Notes: generated by a model from the sequence alone, not told the origin. Shown: positions 1 to 9,234, counted from the stretch's first letter. The stretch is 64,000 nt of DNA from a virus (IMGVR_UViG_3300031993_006627:32001-96000), one strand, 5' to 3'. A program made the numbers and translations.

Positions 1-2
1 AT

Positions 3-587
3 CCTTATTCGTACTGGGTCGCTACGTCTACGATGGTTCTTGCAACGGAGCTCTCGTCATGTGTGAGGAACACAGGCGGAGGCATCGCCATTGCTATGGC
101 CCCGCTGTCAATCGCGACAGTGGAGCGCGGCTGGGAAGGCGTCGCCATTGCAAACGGAAGTCAGTCGGCGGCGAGAGCCGCGAGCAGCGGTGCCGTGGCT
201 GTTACTCTTGGTTGCGATTCGGTTGCTATTACCGAGGGTGACGAATCCGTGGCTTTCGTAGGTGCGTCCAGCCTCGCTGTCGTGAAAGGTCGCAACAGTG
301 TAGGCATGTCCGTATTCCGTGGAGCCAAGGTTCTACTCGAAGGTGATGGATGCGTGGCTATGGCTCTCGGTGATGTTGAAGTTCGAGGGAAAGGTTGTGT
401 TGTCATATTGGCATGCGGCTACAAGAAGGAAGCCCTGATTAAAGCCACAGCCGGTACCAGACTTCTCATCCCATTCCTCGACACAATGACCTACAACGAA
501 ATCATCTGCGGAGAAGCGGATGACTGGCCGGCGGGCGTTGCCCGCAGCTACATGGATATCATGGAGGATTTTCTGAAAAATGTATGA
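3..587 (+). CDS. 5'-truncated protein with small-residue (A/G/S/V) repeats, paralog of C-terminal half of 1110..2381
   Basis: Frame is open from the window start. It shares 'SIAIA..G..S.A' repeats and 'CVA.A.G...V....C.V.I....A..GTR' with 1110..2381. Confidence 0.7.
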   Translation, partial: PYSYWVATSTMVLATELSSCVRNTGGGIAIAMAPLSIATVERGWEGVAIANGSQSAARAASSGAVAVTLGCDSVAITEGDESVAFVGASSLAVVKGRNSVGMSVFRGAKVLLEGDGCVAMALGDVEVRGKGCVVILACGYKKEALIKATAGTRLLIPFLDTMTYNEIICGEADDWPAGVARSYMDIMEDFLKNV

Positions 588-750
588 CATTCTGATTACA
601 ATCAATTCGCCGGGACTCTATGCCCTGGTGCCCGTTCGGGAATTGGAACAGTTCCACAAAGTGCTCATTGTTACCGCAGAGGAGATTGCTCCTAAGCGCT
701 GGGATACAAACAACAAATGGATGGAGGCCACTCATGCACAAGAAAGCTGA
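580..750 (+). CDS. small hypothetical protein (56 aa, MYDILITINSPG...)
   Basis: GGAGG at 563-567; overlaps the upstream stop and downstream start. Below the ORF-track cutoff. Confidence 0.55.
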   Translation: MYDILITINSPGLYALVPVRELEQFHKVLIVTAEEIAPKRWDTNNKWMEATHAQES

Positions 751-1123
751 ACGCAGCGATATCGTTCCCTTCGGGGATTTCAACTGGTGCGCCAACAGGG
801 ACTGCCCGAAGGCGCTGATCTGCGGGCGCTCTGTGAGGCGTTTGGACTTTCTGCCGAAACAGGTCCTGTGGCAGATGGCTCCTGCACCGGATGAGACAGG
901 GAGCTGTGAGTTCCAGGAGCCGTACAAGACCTATGCCCATGCGCTCGTCTACCCGGAGCTGAAGGCAATGCGGGATGACGTGGCGGAAGCCATCGACGTC
1001 ATCCGCAAGCTGTACGACGAAGACGGCACGCTTGATAACATCCAGGCTATCCTGGAGAGTGTCGAAGAGCGTGTGAACTACTTGCTCACTGGCTTCGAGG
1101 AGAAGAAAAATGCCAAGAAATGA
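734..1123 (+). CDS. hypothetical Cys-containing protein with C-terminal coiled coil
   Basis: GGAGG at 723 precedes ATG 734 (MHKKAERS...); 'WCANRDCPKALICGR'. Confidence 0.7.
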   Translation: MHKKAERSDIVPFGDFNWCANRDCPKALICGRSVRRLDFLPKQVLWQMAPAPDETGSCEFQEPYKTYAHALVYPELKAMRDDVAEAIDVIRKLYDEDGTLDNIQAILESVEERVNYLLTGFEEKKNAKK

Positions 1124-2381
1124 CACTGTGGTCGACAACAACGACTTCGACTGTGAAGACCTGCACGCCGCCTTTGACAGCCTGCAGGAGCTTGAGTCGA
1201 CTGTCCGGTCGTTCTGCGGCAGATGGGATTGCAGTGAATGCCCGCTGGGCAAGCATATTGCTCCCGAAGCAGCCTATCCGGCTGACGCCTGCCCCACACT
1301 CCAGCATATCCGTGATCTGCGGTATATCCTGCAGGATCATGTACGGAAGACTGTTGTGAAGGAAAGAGGGCTTGATAAGTATAAAGTCGACTGGGTCGAT
1401 AAACAGAAGGTATTCTTCAAAGGATTCGACCAGGATCTGTGCTGCAGAGGTATGCAGTTCGAGGTCGGCTGGGAGTTCTCTGTGAATGGTCCTGCTGCTA
1501 TCTGCGAGAATGGAATTCACTTCTGCTGCAACATCCTGGAGGTGCTTGACCATTATTCGCTCCCGTGGAGCAGGTACTGCACAGTAACTGTGCCGGAAGG
1601 TGATGATGTGTCCGTCGCGTTTTCATCGGATCATGAGGAGACAAAACGGTGTGCGACGAAGGTCAAGATAGAATGTGAACTCAGTCTATCTGATTTCGTT
1701 CGTAAATTGCAGGCCGGTTACGGTTTCCGGTATGACATCGGGACTTGGTTTTCGAATGACACAATTACCGTCGGCACCGATTGGGCATACTACTGGTGCA
1801 ATGCACCTGTCGGTGTTCTCACAGGATGCTATTCCATGATGCACTTGGATGGCTACATCGGGGTTGCCAAAGCATGTAACTCTGCTGTTTACATTGACTG
1901 GGAACACGCCGTGGCCATCGGGATGAAAGAACACACAGTGGCGCATACCACAGGCTACATGAGCATTGCCATCGCCAAGGAGTGGCGCAGTATTGCGCTT
2001 GCAGATGGGACAGGTTCTATTGCCATTGCGCATGGTACGGAGGCAACGGCCATCGTTGCAGAGCGCTACAGTGTGGGTGTCGATGTGCTCGGAGCAGGCA
2101 GTGTAGTTCGCCTGGAATCAGAGTACTGCGTCGCTGTTGCCACAGGCCATACGGTTGTCACGGCAGACTGCTGCACAGTAGTTATCCCTTACCATCATGA
2201 CAGCGAGAGATTCTCCGTGTGCGCAGTAGAGGGAACCAGAATCATCTGGGTGGGTAACAACGACGAGGATCCGGTCGTAACCACAGTAAGTGAGGACGGG
2301 CCTATCAAACCAAACAAAACCTATGTGTGGTCGGACTTCATCTACAATGTTCTTGGTAGACCGGCCACTTGGAAAGACTGA
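1110..2381 (+). CDS. DUF7666-like phage protein with N-terminal CxxxxCxxCPL motif and C-terminal small-residue repeats
   Basis: 'FKGFDQDLCCRGMQFEVG...ICENGIHFCCNILEVLDHY' matches the common phage KGF..L.CRG.Q.E.G...C..G.H.C motif. Confidence 0.7.
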   Translation: MPRNDTVVDNNDFDCEDLHAAFDSLQELESTVRSFCGRWDCSECPLGKHIAPEAAYPADACPTLQHIRDLRYILQDHVRKTVVKERGLDKYKVDWVDKQKVFFKGFDQDLCCRGMQFEVGWEFSVNGPAAICENGIHFCCNILEVLDHYSLPWSRYCTVTVPEGDDVSVAFSSDHEETKRCATKVKIECELSLSDFVRKLQAGYGFRYDIGTWFSNDTITVGTDWAYYWCNAPVGVLTGCYSMMHLDGYIGVAKACNSAVYIDWEHAVAIGMKEHTVAHTTGYMSIAIAKEWRSIALADGTGSIAIAHGTEATAIVAERYSVGVDVLGAGSVVRLESEYCVAVATGHTVVTADCCTVVIPYHHDSERFSVCAVEGTRIIWVGNNDEDPVVTTVSEDGPIKPNKTYVWSDFIYNVLGRPATWKD

Positions 2382-2393
2382 AAGGAAACAATC

Positions 2394-2801
2394 ATGTCTG
2401 TTATTATGACCATTGGTGTGGCAGCCACCATTATTCTGCTGCTCGCTGCGTCTTACTTCTACGCCAAGGGCATGGAGCAGGATGCTGCGCAGGACGATTT
2501 TGAGCACTTACGCAACAGCTTCCGTGCCATCGGCCACCTCGCGCAGAAGCACAAAGATGGGAGTATCACCACAGCTGATCTCGAAGCGGAGATCGACAGG
2601 GACGCCGCATATACCGACAAGTTGCGAGGTTTATACGGCTCCGCGAGCAGAAAGAACTGTCGCATCAGCTGGATCGTAGGGCTTATTGCCTTCTTCACGA
2701 TACTCCTGTCAATCCTGCTGGAGTCTTATCTGGACTACGCGGTTCAGGAGGCCTATCATCGGGGCGTTCTCGAATCCGTCCAGAAAGGAGTCCAGCCATG
2801 A
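2394..2801 (+). CDS. membrane protein (2 TM segments)
   Basis: Hydrophobic N-terminal and C-terminal helices; AAGGA RBS. Confidence 0.7.
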   Translation: MSVIMTIGVAATIILLLAASYFYAKGMEQDAAQDDFEHLRNSFRAIGHLAQKHKDGSITTADLEAEIDRDAAYTDKLRGLYGSASRKNCRISWIVGLIAFFTILLSILLESYLDYAVQEAYHRGVLESVQKGVQP

Positions 2802-3094
2802 AAATGGTATTCAGTGACGGGACCGAGATCGAGATCCCGATGACAGATCCGGATGCTGTGCAAAAGCTCATGGACAATACTGAAGCACTTATCGAGACCA
2901 ACGAGAAATGGATCGCGGCGAAGGAACGCGAGATCCAGGCAATCCGTAAGCATGTATTCACATTGCGTCGTGAGTACGATGCTCTTGGTGCTCTGAAAGA
3001 TGCTATTGAGCGGCACAATGAGGCCATGGAGAAGTATGCGCGGGAAAGCAACCTGCAAAACACTCAGAGGAGTATTGAAGATGGCGAAGAATGA
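2798..3094 (+). CDS. coiled-coil hypothetical protein
   Basis: AAAGGAG RBS, ATGA overlap, heptad-like composition. Confidence 0.7.
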   Translation: MKMVFSDGTEIEIPMTDPDAVQKLMDNTEALIETNEKWIAAKEREIQAIRKHVFTLRREYDALGALKDAIERHNEAMEKYARESNLQNTQRSIEDGEE

Positions 3095-3881
3095 TTGGAG
3101 CAACATTATTTCCGGCGGTGTCTGCACCAGCGGCACGCTTATGGATCTTCATGATCTTGACAGAGTCCGTGTTTTGAATTATCATATCGGGCATGGTGCT
3201 ATCATGCGTACTGGTAAGCTCAACTCACTGCAGGACATCGTGGTAGATGGCAATCTGAATGCGAGCGACACATTTATCTGCAAGATGACGATACCGACGG
3301 GCTACGCTGCCTTGTACGGGAGTACAACAGGATCCCGTGTGTTTGTCGGTGGGCATCTGGACTGTAACAGCAAAGTGGTGCTCACAGAGCTGGAAATTGT
3401 GTCCGGCGGCAGAGTCACAGTTCAGGGAAGTTCGTTCATACGCAATACTACGGTCTGCTCCGGCGGGGCCGTTGCCATGTATGGGAATACCAGCGCGCAT
3501 CTCATGGTGATTTCCAGTGGTGCAACTGTGACCCTCTACGGCCAGGCTGAACTGACCAGTGCACAAGTGTGCTCCGGCGGCTATCTGGAATGCTGGGATG
3601 ATACCAACACGTCAGATCTCTATGTCGCGGAAGGCGCCAAATTCGTGTGCCATGATGGGGCCGAGGTTGTTTATCAGCGGGATTCCCCGCAGAAGCCTAT
3701 CGACTTCGGTGTCTCATCTGCAGGCCAGTCCACAGATAGTGGCTGGGTGGATATTTACAGGGCGAAAGTATCGGTATATCCGGATAACCTTGTAGTGATT
3801 GATCTTCCCGTGTCCATGCAGAAAGCATTTGCAGTCGACAGGATCCACATCAACTGGAAGGGTGACAAAAATGGTAAATGA
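3081..3881 (+). CDS. AIDA-like (V-x-S-G-G) beta-helix repeat protein
   Basis: Repeats IVSGGRV, VCSGGAV, ISSGATV, VCSGGYL; GAGGAG RBS before ATG 3081. Confidence 0.65.
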   Translation: MAKNDWSNIISGGVCTSGTLMDLHDLDRVRVLNYHIGHGAIMRTGKLNSLQDIVVDGNLNASDTFICKMTIPTGYAALYGSTTGSRVFVGGHLDCNSKVVLTELEIVSGGRVTVQGSSFIRNTTVCSGGAVAMYGNTSAHLMVISSGATVTLYGQAELTSAQVCSGGYLECWDDTNTSDLYVAEGAKFVCHDGAEVVYQRDSPQKPIDFGVSSAGQSTDSGWVDIYRAKVSVYPDNLVVIDLPVSMQKAFAVDRIHINWKGDKNGK

Positions 3882-4563
3882 CAAACCGTTCGCCAATATC
3901 AGTGGCCACCTCTATATCTCCAGCGGTCTCTTTGAGTTGCCGGAGGACATCCAAGCCAGACTCGACGGAAACGTACCTGGCGGCCTCATAGCAGTGGGGA
4001 GAGAGGGCACCATGAACATCTACGGGGGTAAAGCCTCACAGACCGTCAGAAAGGCCTGCGTTGAAAATGGCGGGTTCATGTTCGTGTCCGGTTCTCTGGC
4101 CGGCGTGTACGACTGTCATGTCAATGAAGGCGGCAAGCTGTCCGTGGTTTCCGGGGCTGCGGCCTGGGAAATTGAAGTGGAGGGTGAACTCCGTCTGGTG
4201 TCTGCTGCCGGCAACGTGGGCCATGTCCATGTATCGGCCGGCGGATACGTGCAGGTCGAGGGCTGCTGGGTGGATAGGGTCACGACGTATGCCGGTGGTT
4301 CTCTGTCCGTTCTGAGTGGTGGTCATGTGGAAGTTCTGCATGTTGCTCCAGGGGCTGTGTGCCATGTCATCAAAGGTTCCGTTGCAAGTGCGGAAATTCA
4401 TTCCGGCGGTACGCTGACTGTCACGGATGGCGCAGCCACGGAACTCAGCGTGGATTCCGGTGGAGTTGTCATCAGGAACGGTCGTTGCAAGATCCACTAC
4501 CAATCCTATTCCCAGGTTGGAGGGGCCTCATTCGAGGAATACCACGATGCCGAAATTGATTAG
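3871..4563 (+). CDS. AIDA-like beta-helix repeat protein
   Basis: Repeats VENGGFM, VNEGGKL, VSAGGYV, IHSGGTL, VDSGGVV. Confidence 0.65.
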   Translation: MVNDKPFANISGHLYISSGLFELPEDIQARLDGNVPGGLIAVGREGTMNIYGGKASQTVRKACVENGGFMFVSGSLAGVYDCHVNEGGKLSVVSGAAAWEIEVEGELRLVSAAGNVGHVHVSAGGYVQVEGCWVDRVTTYAGGSLSVLSGGHVEVLHVAPGAVCHVIKGSVASAEIHSGGTLTVTDGAATELSVDSGGVVIRNGRCKIHYQSYSQVGGASFEEYHDAEID

Positions 4564-5158
4564 AGCTACTTGGGACTGGGGCTTTGAGTATCGTGGCGGA
4601 ACGGAGGCATCTGGTGAGCCTGGTCATTGGACAGTATGCCGTGACAGGTTCCAGGATAACTCTTTCCCATTCGCAAAGCGAAATGCCAAGAGTTGCAACC
4701 TCCATGAGGACAAAGAGCGGTGGAAAAAGCTGCATGGATTCAGGAAGGTCTTCGATGAGAAGGCCCTGAAGGAATTCAGGCGCCCGGAAGGTATGACAAC
4801 ACCGAAGTTTGTCCCAGGTGAGAAAGTCTGGGCGGTGTGCCCGGATGTTTGGAGTCCCTTCGCGGCCAAAGGTGTTGTATGTTCCATAGACTGGAGTTTC
4901 TCCACGCAGAAATGGATATATGGCATTGCCTGGTACGAGCGTGTCAAGAATACACCGGAAGGTTGCCCGAAGAACCAATACCGCATCGCAGTCAGACATG
5001 TTCTGGAAGAATATCTCTACAAGTTCGAGGATAAGGCGAAAGCAAGAGAACTTATGATCGGCACCATTGCCAAGATCTTGAAATGGGTTGCCGATTTTGA
5101 GGACCGCTTGCATAATCTGAAACCCAAAGACTTGAAAGAGGGTGACTGGCTGAAATGA
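4547..5158 (+). CDS. hypothetical protein (KOW/SH3-like 'F.PGEKVW' domain)
   Basis: GAGGA RBS before ATG 4547; 'KFVPGEKVWAV'. Confidence 0.6.
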   Translation: MPKLIRATWDWGFEYRGGTEASGEPGHWTVCRDRFQDNSFPFAKRNAKSCNLHEDKERWKKLHGFRKVFDEKALKEFRRPEGMTTPKFVPGEKVWAVCPDVWSPFAAKGVVCSIDWSFSTQKWIYGIAWYERVKNTPEGCPKNQYRIAVRHVLEEYLYKFEDKAKARELMIGTIAKILKWVADFEDRLHNLKPKDLKEGDWLK

Positions 5159-5188
5159 CGCTGGGTCTCTTTGTAGGAGGTAACGCCT

Positions 5189-6088
5189 ATGAAGAGACTC
5201 AAAGTTTTGATCATCAATGGTGGCGGAATTTTCGGCTGTCTTCCAGCTCATTTTCTTTCCATGCTACCAACAAACCAGCAGAGCCTGAAAGGTATTGATG
5301 TTCTTTCAGGATGCAGCGTGGGCGGCATATTGGCAGCCGCATATGCTGTAGGTCATCAGTTTGCGCTCATTGATGACGTTTTTCAGCGCAGGGCAAAGGA
5401 TTGTTTCAAGAAGCGGTTCGCCGCCAAGATAAATCCACTCGCATGTCCCACGTATGATAACGACAGCATTGATGAAGTAATACAAGAGATGATCGGAGAA
5501 AGTACGATGCGGGATGTCCATAAGATTTTCCCGAAGTTGTCTCTGATTATTCCTGCGTTGGATGTCACTGATGATAAGTACATTGTGTTTGACAATATCA
5601 GACACAAGTATGATCTGGTTCCTCTGAAGAAGATCGCAGGTTATACGTCGGCTGCACCGAGTTATTTTGCGGGAAGAGACTTTAATGGTCACTGTCTTAT
5701 TGATGGCGGTTTGATAGAGGTCTTCCCTATGATCACAGCAACCACGTCCGTGAAGAAGAACCTTGGTGTTCCATTCATGAACATGTCTGTGCTGATGCTC
5801 GGTACAGGTCAGGACAAGGATCAACATCCTTTAACACTCAAAAGCTACAACAATCTTGGACTTCTTGGGATTGCTACTGATGTGCTTGTTCCTTATGCAA
5901 CTCTGAGTAATTCTCTGGCAACAGAGTATTGGGGCCGCAACATGGGATACGGCAATTTCTATTACTTCAACCCAGTTCAGACGGATGGTAAACTTGATGA
6001 TGTCAAGCAGATTCCGGCTCTGGTGAAAGAAGCAGACAACCATCGGGAAGAATTTCTCGAAGTCTGGGATAAGTGGTACAACGACTAA
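5189..6088 (+). CDS. patatin-like phospholipase
   Basis: GGGIFG oxyanion loop, GCSVG nucleophile elbow, SAAP and DGG motifs; AGGAGG RBS. Confidence 0.9.
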   Translation: MKRLKVLIINGGGIFGCLPAHFLSMLPTNQQSLKGIDVLSGCSVGGILAAAYAVGHQFALIDDVFQRRAKDCFKKRFAAKINPLACPTYDNDSIDEVIQEMIGESTMRDVHKIFPKLSLIIPALDVTDDKYIVFDNIRHKYDLVPLKKIAGYTSAAPSYFAGRDFNGHCLIDGGLIEVFPMITATTSVKKNLGVPFMNMSVLMLGTGQDKDQHPLTLKSYNNLGLLGIATDVLVPYATLSNSLATEYWGRNMGYGNFYYFNPVQTDGKLDDVKQIPALVKEADNHREEFLEVWDKWYND

Positions 6089-6104
6089 GGTTATCGTAAA
6101 TAAA

Positions 6105-6135
6105 GACCCGCTGAAGTTCACGGCTCCAGCGGGTC
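6105..6135 (+). terminator. stem-loop after patatin gene
   Basis: GACCCGCTG...CAGCGGGTC inverted repeat; no clear U-tract. Confidence 0.45.
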
Positions 6136-6150
6136 CAAACTCTAACACAC

Positions 6151-6402
6151 ATGCGTAGTATTCGCCAATCTAATGAGAAACAAGCAAAACCAATTCAGTG
6201 TATAGAAACTGGAGAAATCTGGGAATCTGTACATGAAGCAGCCAGACAGCTTGGGTTAAACCAGGCTAATATGTCTAAGCGCTGTCAGAATTATGAAGCT
6301 GGCAAAACATACAGACGTCACACTTATCGGGGCAAGGCTGTACTTCATTTTCGTTGGATTGATAAACAATTAACCAACCAATCACCCAACTTGGTTGTAT
6401 AA
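6151..6402 (+). CDS. stand-alone NUMOD1/IENR1-like HTH (C-terminal domain of local HNH endonucleases)
   Basis: 'IQCIETGEIWESVHEAARQLG...GKAVLHFRW' aligns with the C-terminal units of 27944 and 35806. Confidence 0.65.
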   Translation: MRSIRQSNEKQAKPIQCIETGEIWESVHEAARQLGLNQANMSKRCQNYEAGKTYRRHTYRGKAVLHFRWIDKQLTNQSPNLVV

Positions 6403-6427
6403 TCAGGTTGGGTATTCGCCTTCAACT

Positions 6428-6461
6428 GGCCCGGATCAGAAATGTTCCGGGCTTTAATTTT
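6428..6461 (+). terminator. intrinsic terminator
   Basis: GGCCCGGA...TCCGGGCT followed by T-rich tract. Confidence 0.6.
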
Positions 6462-6480
6462 CTACCCCAGGTGGAAATTT
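6456..6480. repeat. 25-bp pseudo-palindromic site, copy 1
   Basis: AATTTTCTACC-CCA-GGTGGAAATTT. Confidence 0.8.
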
Positions 6481-6483
6481 CAA

Positions 6484-7092
6484 ATGAGTGAAAACAAAGA
6501 AATCGAAGTGACTCTGCGTACACCGGCCGATTGGATGCAGATGGCAATCGAACATAAGATCGGGAACCAGGAACTCTGGGACCATATCGACAAAAGCAAG
6601 GAAGAGAAGACCGTGTTCGACGGTAAGGAATGGCCGACGCTGTTTGCTATCACCGAGGAGCAGCGTCAGACTATCAACGAACACGTCGACGCGATCTTCA
6701 ACGTCTGCATGAGCGGCGGGATCCCGATCACGGTCGTCATGCAGGAGATGAACATGGGTGGCATCGGTGCCTACAACGTGATGAATGTCATCCCGCGTGG
6801 ACGTGCCGGCCGTAAGATCATGGAAGTCGGAAACATCGTGCATGCTTTCATCGGGGAAGGCACGATTGATTCCCAGAACAGATCGCTGGACTACATCGTC
6901 ACCCGGCACATCGCCAACCTGACAGCGCTCCTGTGGAAGGCCAAAAATCACGAGGTTCCCCGCGAGGAGTTCCACATGCAGATGGAACTTATTGTCCAGG
7001 CGATCTGCAATTACGCCGGAGAACTCAGTAATACGCTGGAACTCTCGGATCCAGAACCTGTTCCCAGTGAAAATGACGAGAAGGAGATCTGA
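6484..7092 (+). CDS. hypothetical protein (paralog trio member 1)
   Basis: Start MSENKEIE; motif 'IFNVCMSGGIPITVVMQ'. Confidence 0.7.
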   Translation: MSENKEIEVTLRTPADWMQMAIEHKIGNQELWDHIDKSKEEKTVFDGKEWPTLFAITEEQRQTINEHVDAIFNVCMSGGIPITVVMQEMNMGGIGAYNVMNVIPRGRAGRKIMEVGNIVHAFIGEGTIDSQNRSLDYIVTRHIANLTALLWKAKNHEVPREEFHMQMELIVQAICNYAGELSNTLELSDPEPVPSENDEKEI

Positions 7093-7094
7093 TC

Positions 7095-7676
7095 ATGTTC
7101 GCTGAAGATGACTTCAATTTTGAGGACTTTGTCGATAATGCTGCTCGCAATGTCCGCAAGAACCTGAAGAAGGAAGAATCGCAGGAGAAATCGGAAAAGA
7201 AATCCGGGGAACAGCCTGAGAAGGGTCCCAGGATGATCAAGAGCAAGGATGGCAAGAGCGGCATCATTGCGTGCAGAACGCCGGAAGAAGCCATCGAGGC
7301 TATCAAAAAATACGGCGTGCCTGACGACGTTATGACTATCGGAGATATCCTGAATCGTATTCTCAAAGGTTCCGAGGAGTATGAACTCACAGAGGAAGAG
7401 GATAAGGAACTTGAGTCCTTGATGAAACCTCTTCAGAAGTTCTGCGACAAACACAAGCTCCCGGCCATGGTTCTTGTCCAGCATGGTAAGAGCGGGACAT
7501 CTGTTGGCATGAAGGGATTCCGGAATGCCGAGGAAGGCCGCATGGAACTCCGTATGCGCTTCATGATGCGTCTGAAGGATCTCATTTACAATGATGCCTG
7601 CTGTGCCGAGGACATGGAGGACATTGCTGAGATCTTCAATCGCATCTATGAAAGACAGGAGAAACGACATGGGTGA
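7095..7676 (+). CDS. hypothetical protein (paralog trio member 2)
   Basis: AAGGAG RBS; motif 'LQKFCDKHKLPAMVLVQ'. Confidence 0.7.
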   Translation: MFAEDDFNFEDFVDNAARNVRKNLKKEESQEKSEKKSGEQPEKGPRMIKSKDGKSGIIACRTPEEAIEAIKKYGVPDDVMTIGDILNRILKGSEEYELTEEEDKELESLMKPLQKFCDKHKLPAMVLVQHGKSGTSVGMKGFRNAEEGRMELRMRFMMRLKDLIYNDACCAEDMEDIAEIFNRIYERQEKRHG

Positions 7677-8001
7677 CTGTCCGGGACGAGGTTGCCTGAC
7701 ATACAAGCTCTCTGAAGCCGACGAAAAGAAACTACAGAGAGCTGTAACCAGGCTGGAGAAGCTGTGTAAGGAACTTGTTGTTCCGGCCATGTGCGTTATC
7801 CAGGTCAGTAACAACAATCGGCACTATGGCACCATCTCCTTCAGCAACCAGGTGACAGCCAAGTCTGATCTGACTGTCGACGCCATGGTGAAGCTGGAAC
7901 ATCTCTTTTGGGGCTTTGAAGACTGCCTCAACAGGGAAGATGTCGCCGATATATGGGAGCATGTGGACGACCTCCACCAGATTTTGAAGGAGAGGAACTG
8001 A
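7669..8001 (+). CDS. hypothetical protein (paralog trio member 3)
   Basis: AGGAG RBS; motif 'LEKLCKELVVPAMCVIQ'. Confidence 0.7.
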   Translation: MGDCPGRGCLTYKLSEADEKKLQRAVTRLEKLCKELVVPAMCVIQVSNNNRHYGTISFSNQVTAKSDLTVDAMVKLEHLFWGFEDCLNREDVADIWEHVDDLHQILKERN

Positions 8002-8201
8002 TGCTCATGCCTACATCCCTTGTGGTGGGCATGGCAATCGGTGAATGGGTAGCCAAAGAATGGGATGGCTGGATGGATGGATGGACCTACACATGGGTTT
8101 ATACTCATGATCGGGACCTGTCTTTTGCTGATGGGCATTCTTCTGGCTGTCGGGGAAAAGAAACCAGAACAACAAACAACGAAGGAATCGACAATGGCTG
8201 A
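8001..8201 (+). CDS. small ORF, possibly a frameshifted membrane-protein gene
   Basis: TGATG overlap. A (TGGA)4 tract at 8070-8085 separates two hydrophobic segments lying in different frames. Confidence 0.4.
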   Translation: MLMPTSLVVGMAIGEWVAKEWDGWMDGWTYTWVYTHDRDLSFADGHSSGCRGKETRTTNNEGIDNG

Positions 8202-8364
8202 TTGTACCAAATGCAACAGCAGTGACAACCCAATCGTGGAAGGCCCGGACTGGAGTGGAGAGAACGAGATTCAGGTTCACCGCAAATGCGAAGTCTGCGG
8301 CCATGTCCAGATCGAATATTACAAGCTCGTGCTCACTGATATTGACGACATGGGGGATCAATGA
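8194..8364 (+). CDS. small zinc-ribbon protein
   Basis: CTKC...CEVCGH..IEYYKL; AAGGA RBS. Confidence 0.7.
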   Translation: MADCTKCNSSDNPIVEGPDWSGENEIQVHRKCEVCGHVQIEYYKLVLTDIDDMGDQ

Positions 8365-8531
8365 AAGCGCCTGAGAAATGCTCCAAGTGTGGAAAGGACG
8401 ATATTCAGACTTTCGAGCCTCCGCTGTTTGAGAGTGACAACCGCATCAGTGTTGTCATGCAGTGTCAGGATTGTGGGCACAAGTGGTATGAATACTTCGA
8501 TCTTACCGAGGTCGTGGAGGAGAACGACTGA
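8361..8531 (+). CDS. small zinc-ribbon protein (56 aa)
   Basis: MKAPEKCSKCG...CQDCGHKWYEYFDL; ATGA overlap. Confidence 0.75.
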   Translation: MKAPEKCSKCGKDDIQTFEPPLFESDNRISVVMQCQDCGHKWYEYFDLTEVVEEND

Positions 8532-8707
8532 TGTTCATCGAAAAAGCATGTCCGCAATGTGGCAGTGAGGACATCGACATCGACTATGGACCGGAGTTCA
8601 ATCTCTTCCAGGATGATGAAGTCACCATAGGTTTCCTGTGCACGGAATGTCTTCATTTCTGGTCCAAGAACTACAAACTCACGCCAGTGGAGGATAACAA
8701 TGGCTAA
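8531..8707 (+). CDS. small zinc-ribbon protein (58 aa)
   Basis: MFIEKACPQCGSEDI...CTECLHFWSKNYKL; GGAGGAG RBS. Confidence 0.75.
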   Translation: MFIEKACPQCGSEDIDIDYGPEFNLFQDDEVTIGFLCTECLHFWSKNYKLTPVEDNNG

Positions 8708-8894
8708 AAAGAAAGAGAAACCGGTTCCCAGGATGCACTGCCCTAAATGTGGCAGCGATGACCTCGATGTGCATGAGATTAACAGAGATGATCGTAGCAT
8801 GTCCGAGGAAGTCGACTGCTGCACTTGTGGTAAATCCTGGACTGAGCACTACAAACTGGTTCTGGAGGAGATCGAAGATGACGAAAATGAGTAG
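8700..8894 (+). CDS. small zinc-ribbon protein
   Basis: CPKCGSDDL...CCTCGKSWTEHYKL. Confidence 0.75.
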   Translation: MAKKKEKPVPRMHCPKCGSDDLDVHEINRDDRSMSEEVDCCTCGKSWTEHYKLVLEEIEDDENE

Positions 8895-9234
8895 CCCGGA
8901 GATACCGCAGAAGGCAAAAGACCTTTGCGCCAAGCTGGAGAGGCTCGCTGAAGACAGAGGGCGCATCACGGAAGCATACCGCGCATTGCGCCATACGGAG
9001 GAGTGCATTCAGGCACAGCAGGAAGAGATCGAACAGGACCTGATGGACATTCTCAACACTGGTGACTTCGAGATACTGGACATCGGTCGGCTTCGCCTTA
9101 TCTTCCAGCCGGAGGACAAGTATAATACCAGGCCGTGGTTCGAGGTTCGCTACCCGGACTACACCGGCGTCTATACCAAGCGACACTTCCTGCGTAAGCC
9201 CGGAAACAAACGCCGGCCGAAGAAAGGAGACTGA
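8887..9234 (+). CDS. hypothetical protein
   Basis: Start MSSPEIPQ; overlaps the upstream stop; coiled-coil N-half. Confidence 0.65.
   Translation: MSSPEIPQKAKDLCAKLERLAEDRGRITEAYRALRHTEECIQAQQEEIEQDLMDILNTGDFEILDIGRLRLIFQPEDKYNTRPWFEVRYPDYTGVYTKRHFLRKPGNKRRPKKGD

Noticed and set aside
5189-6088. Complete CBASS system
   Set aside because: No CD-NTase or ancillary cap genes are adjacent.
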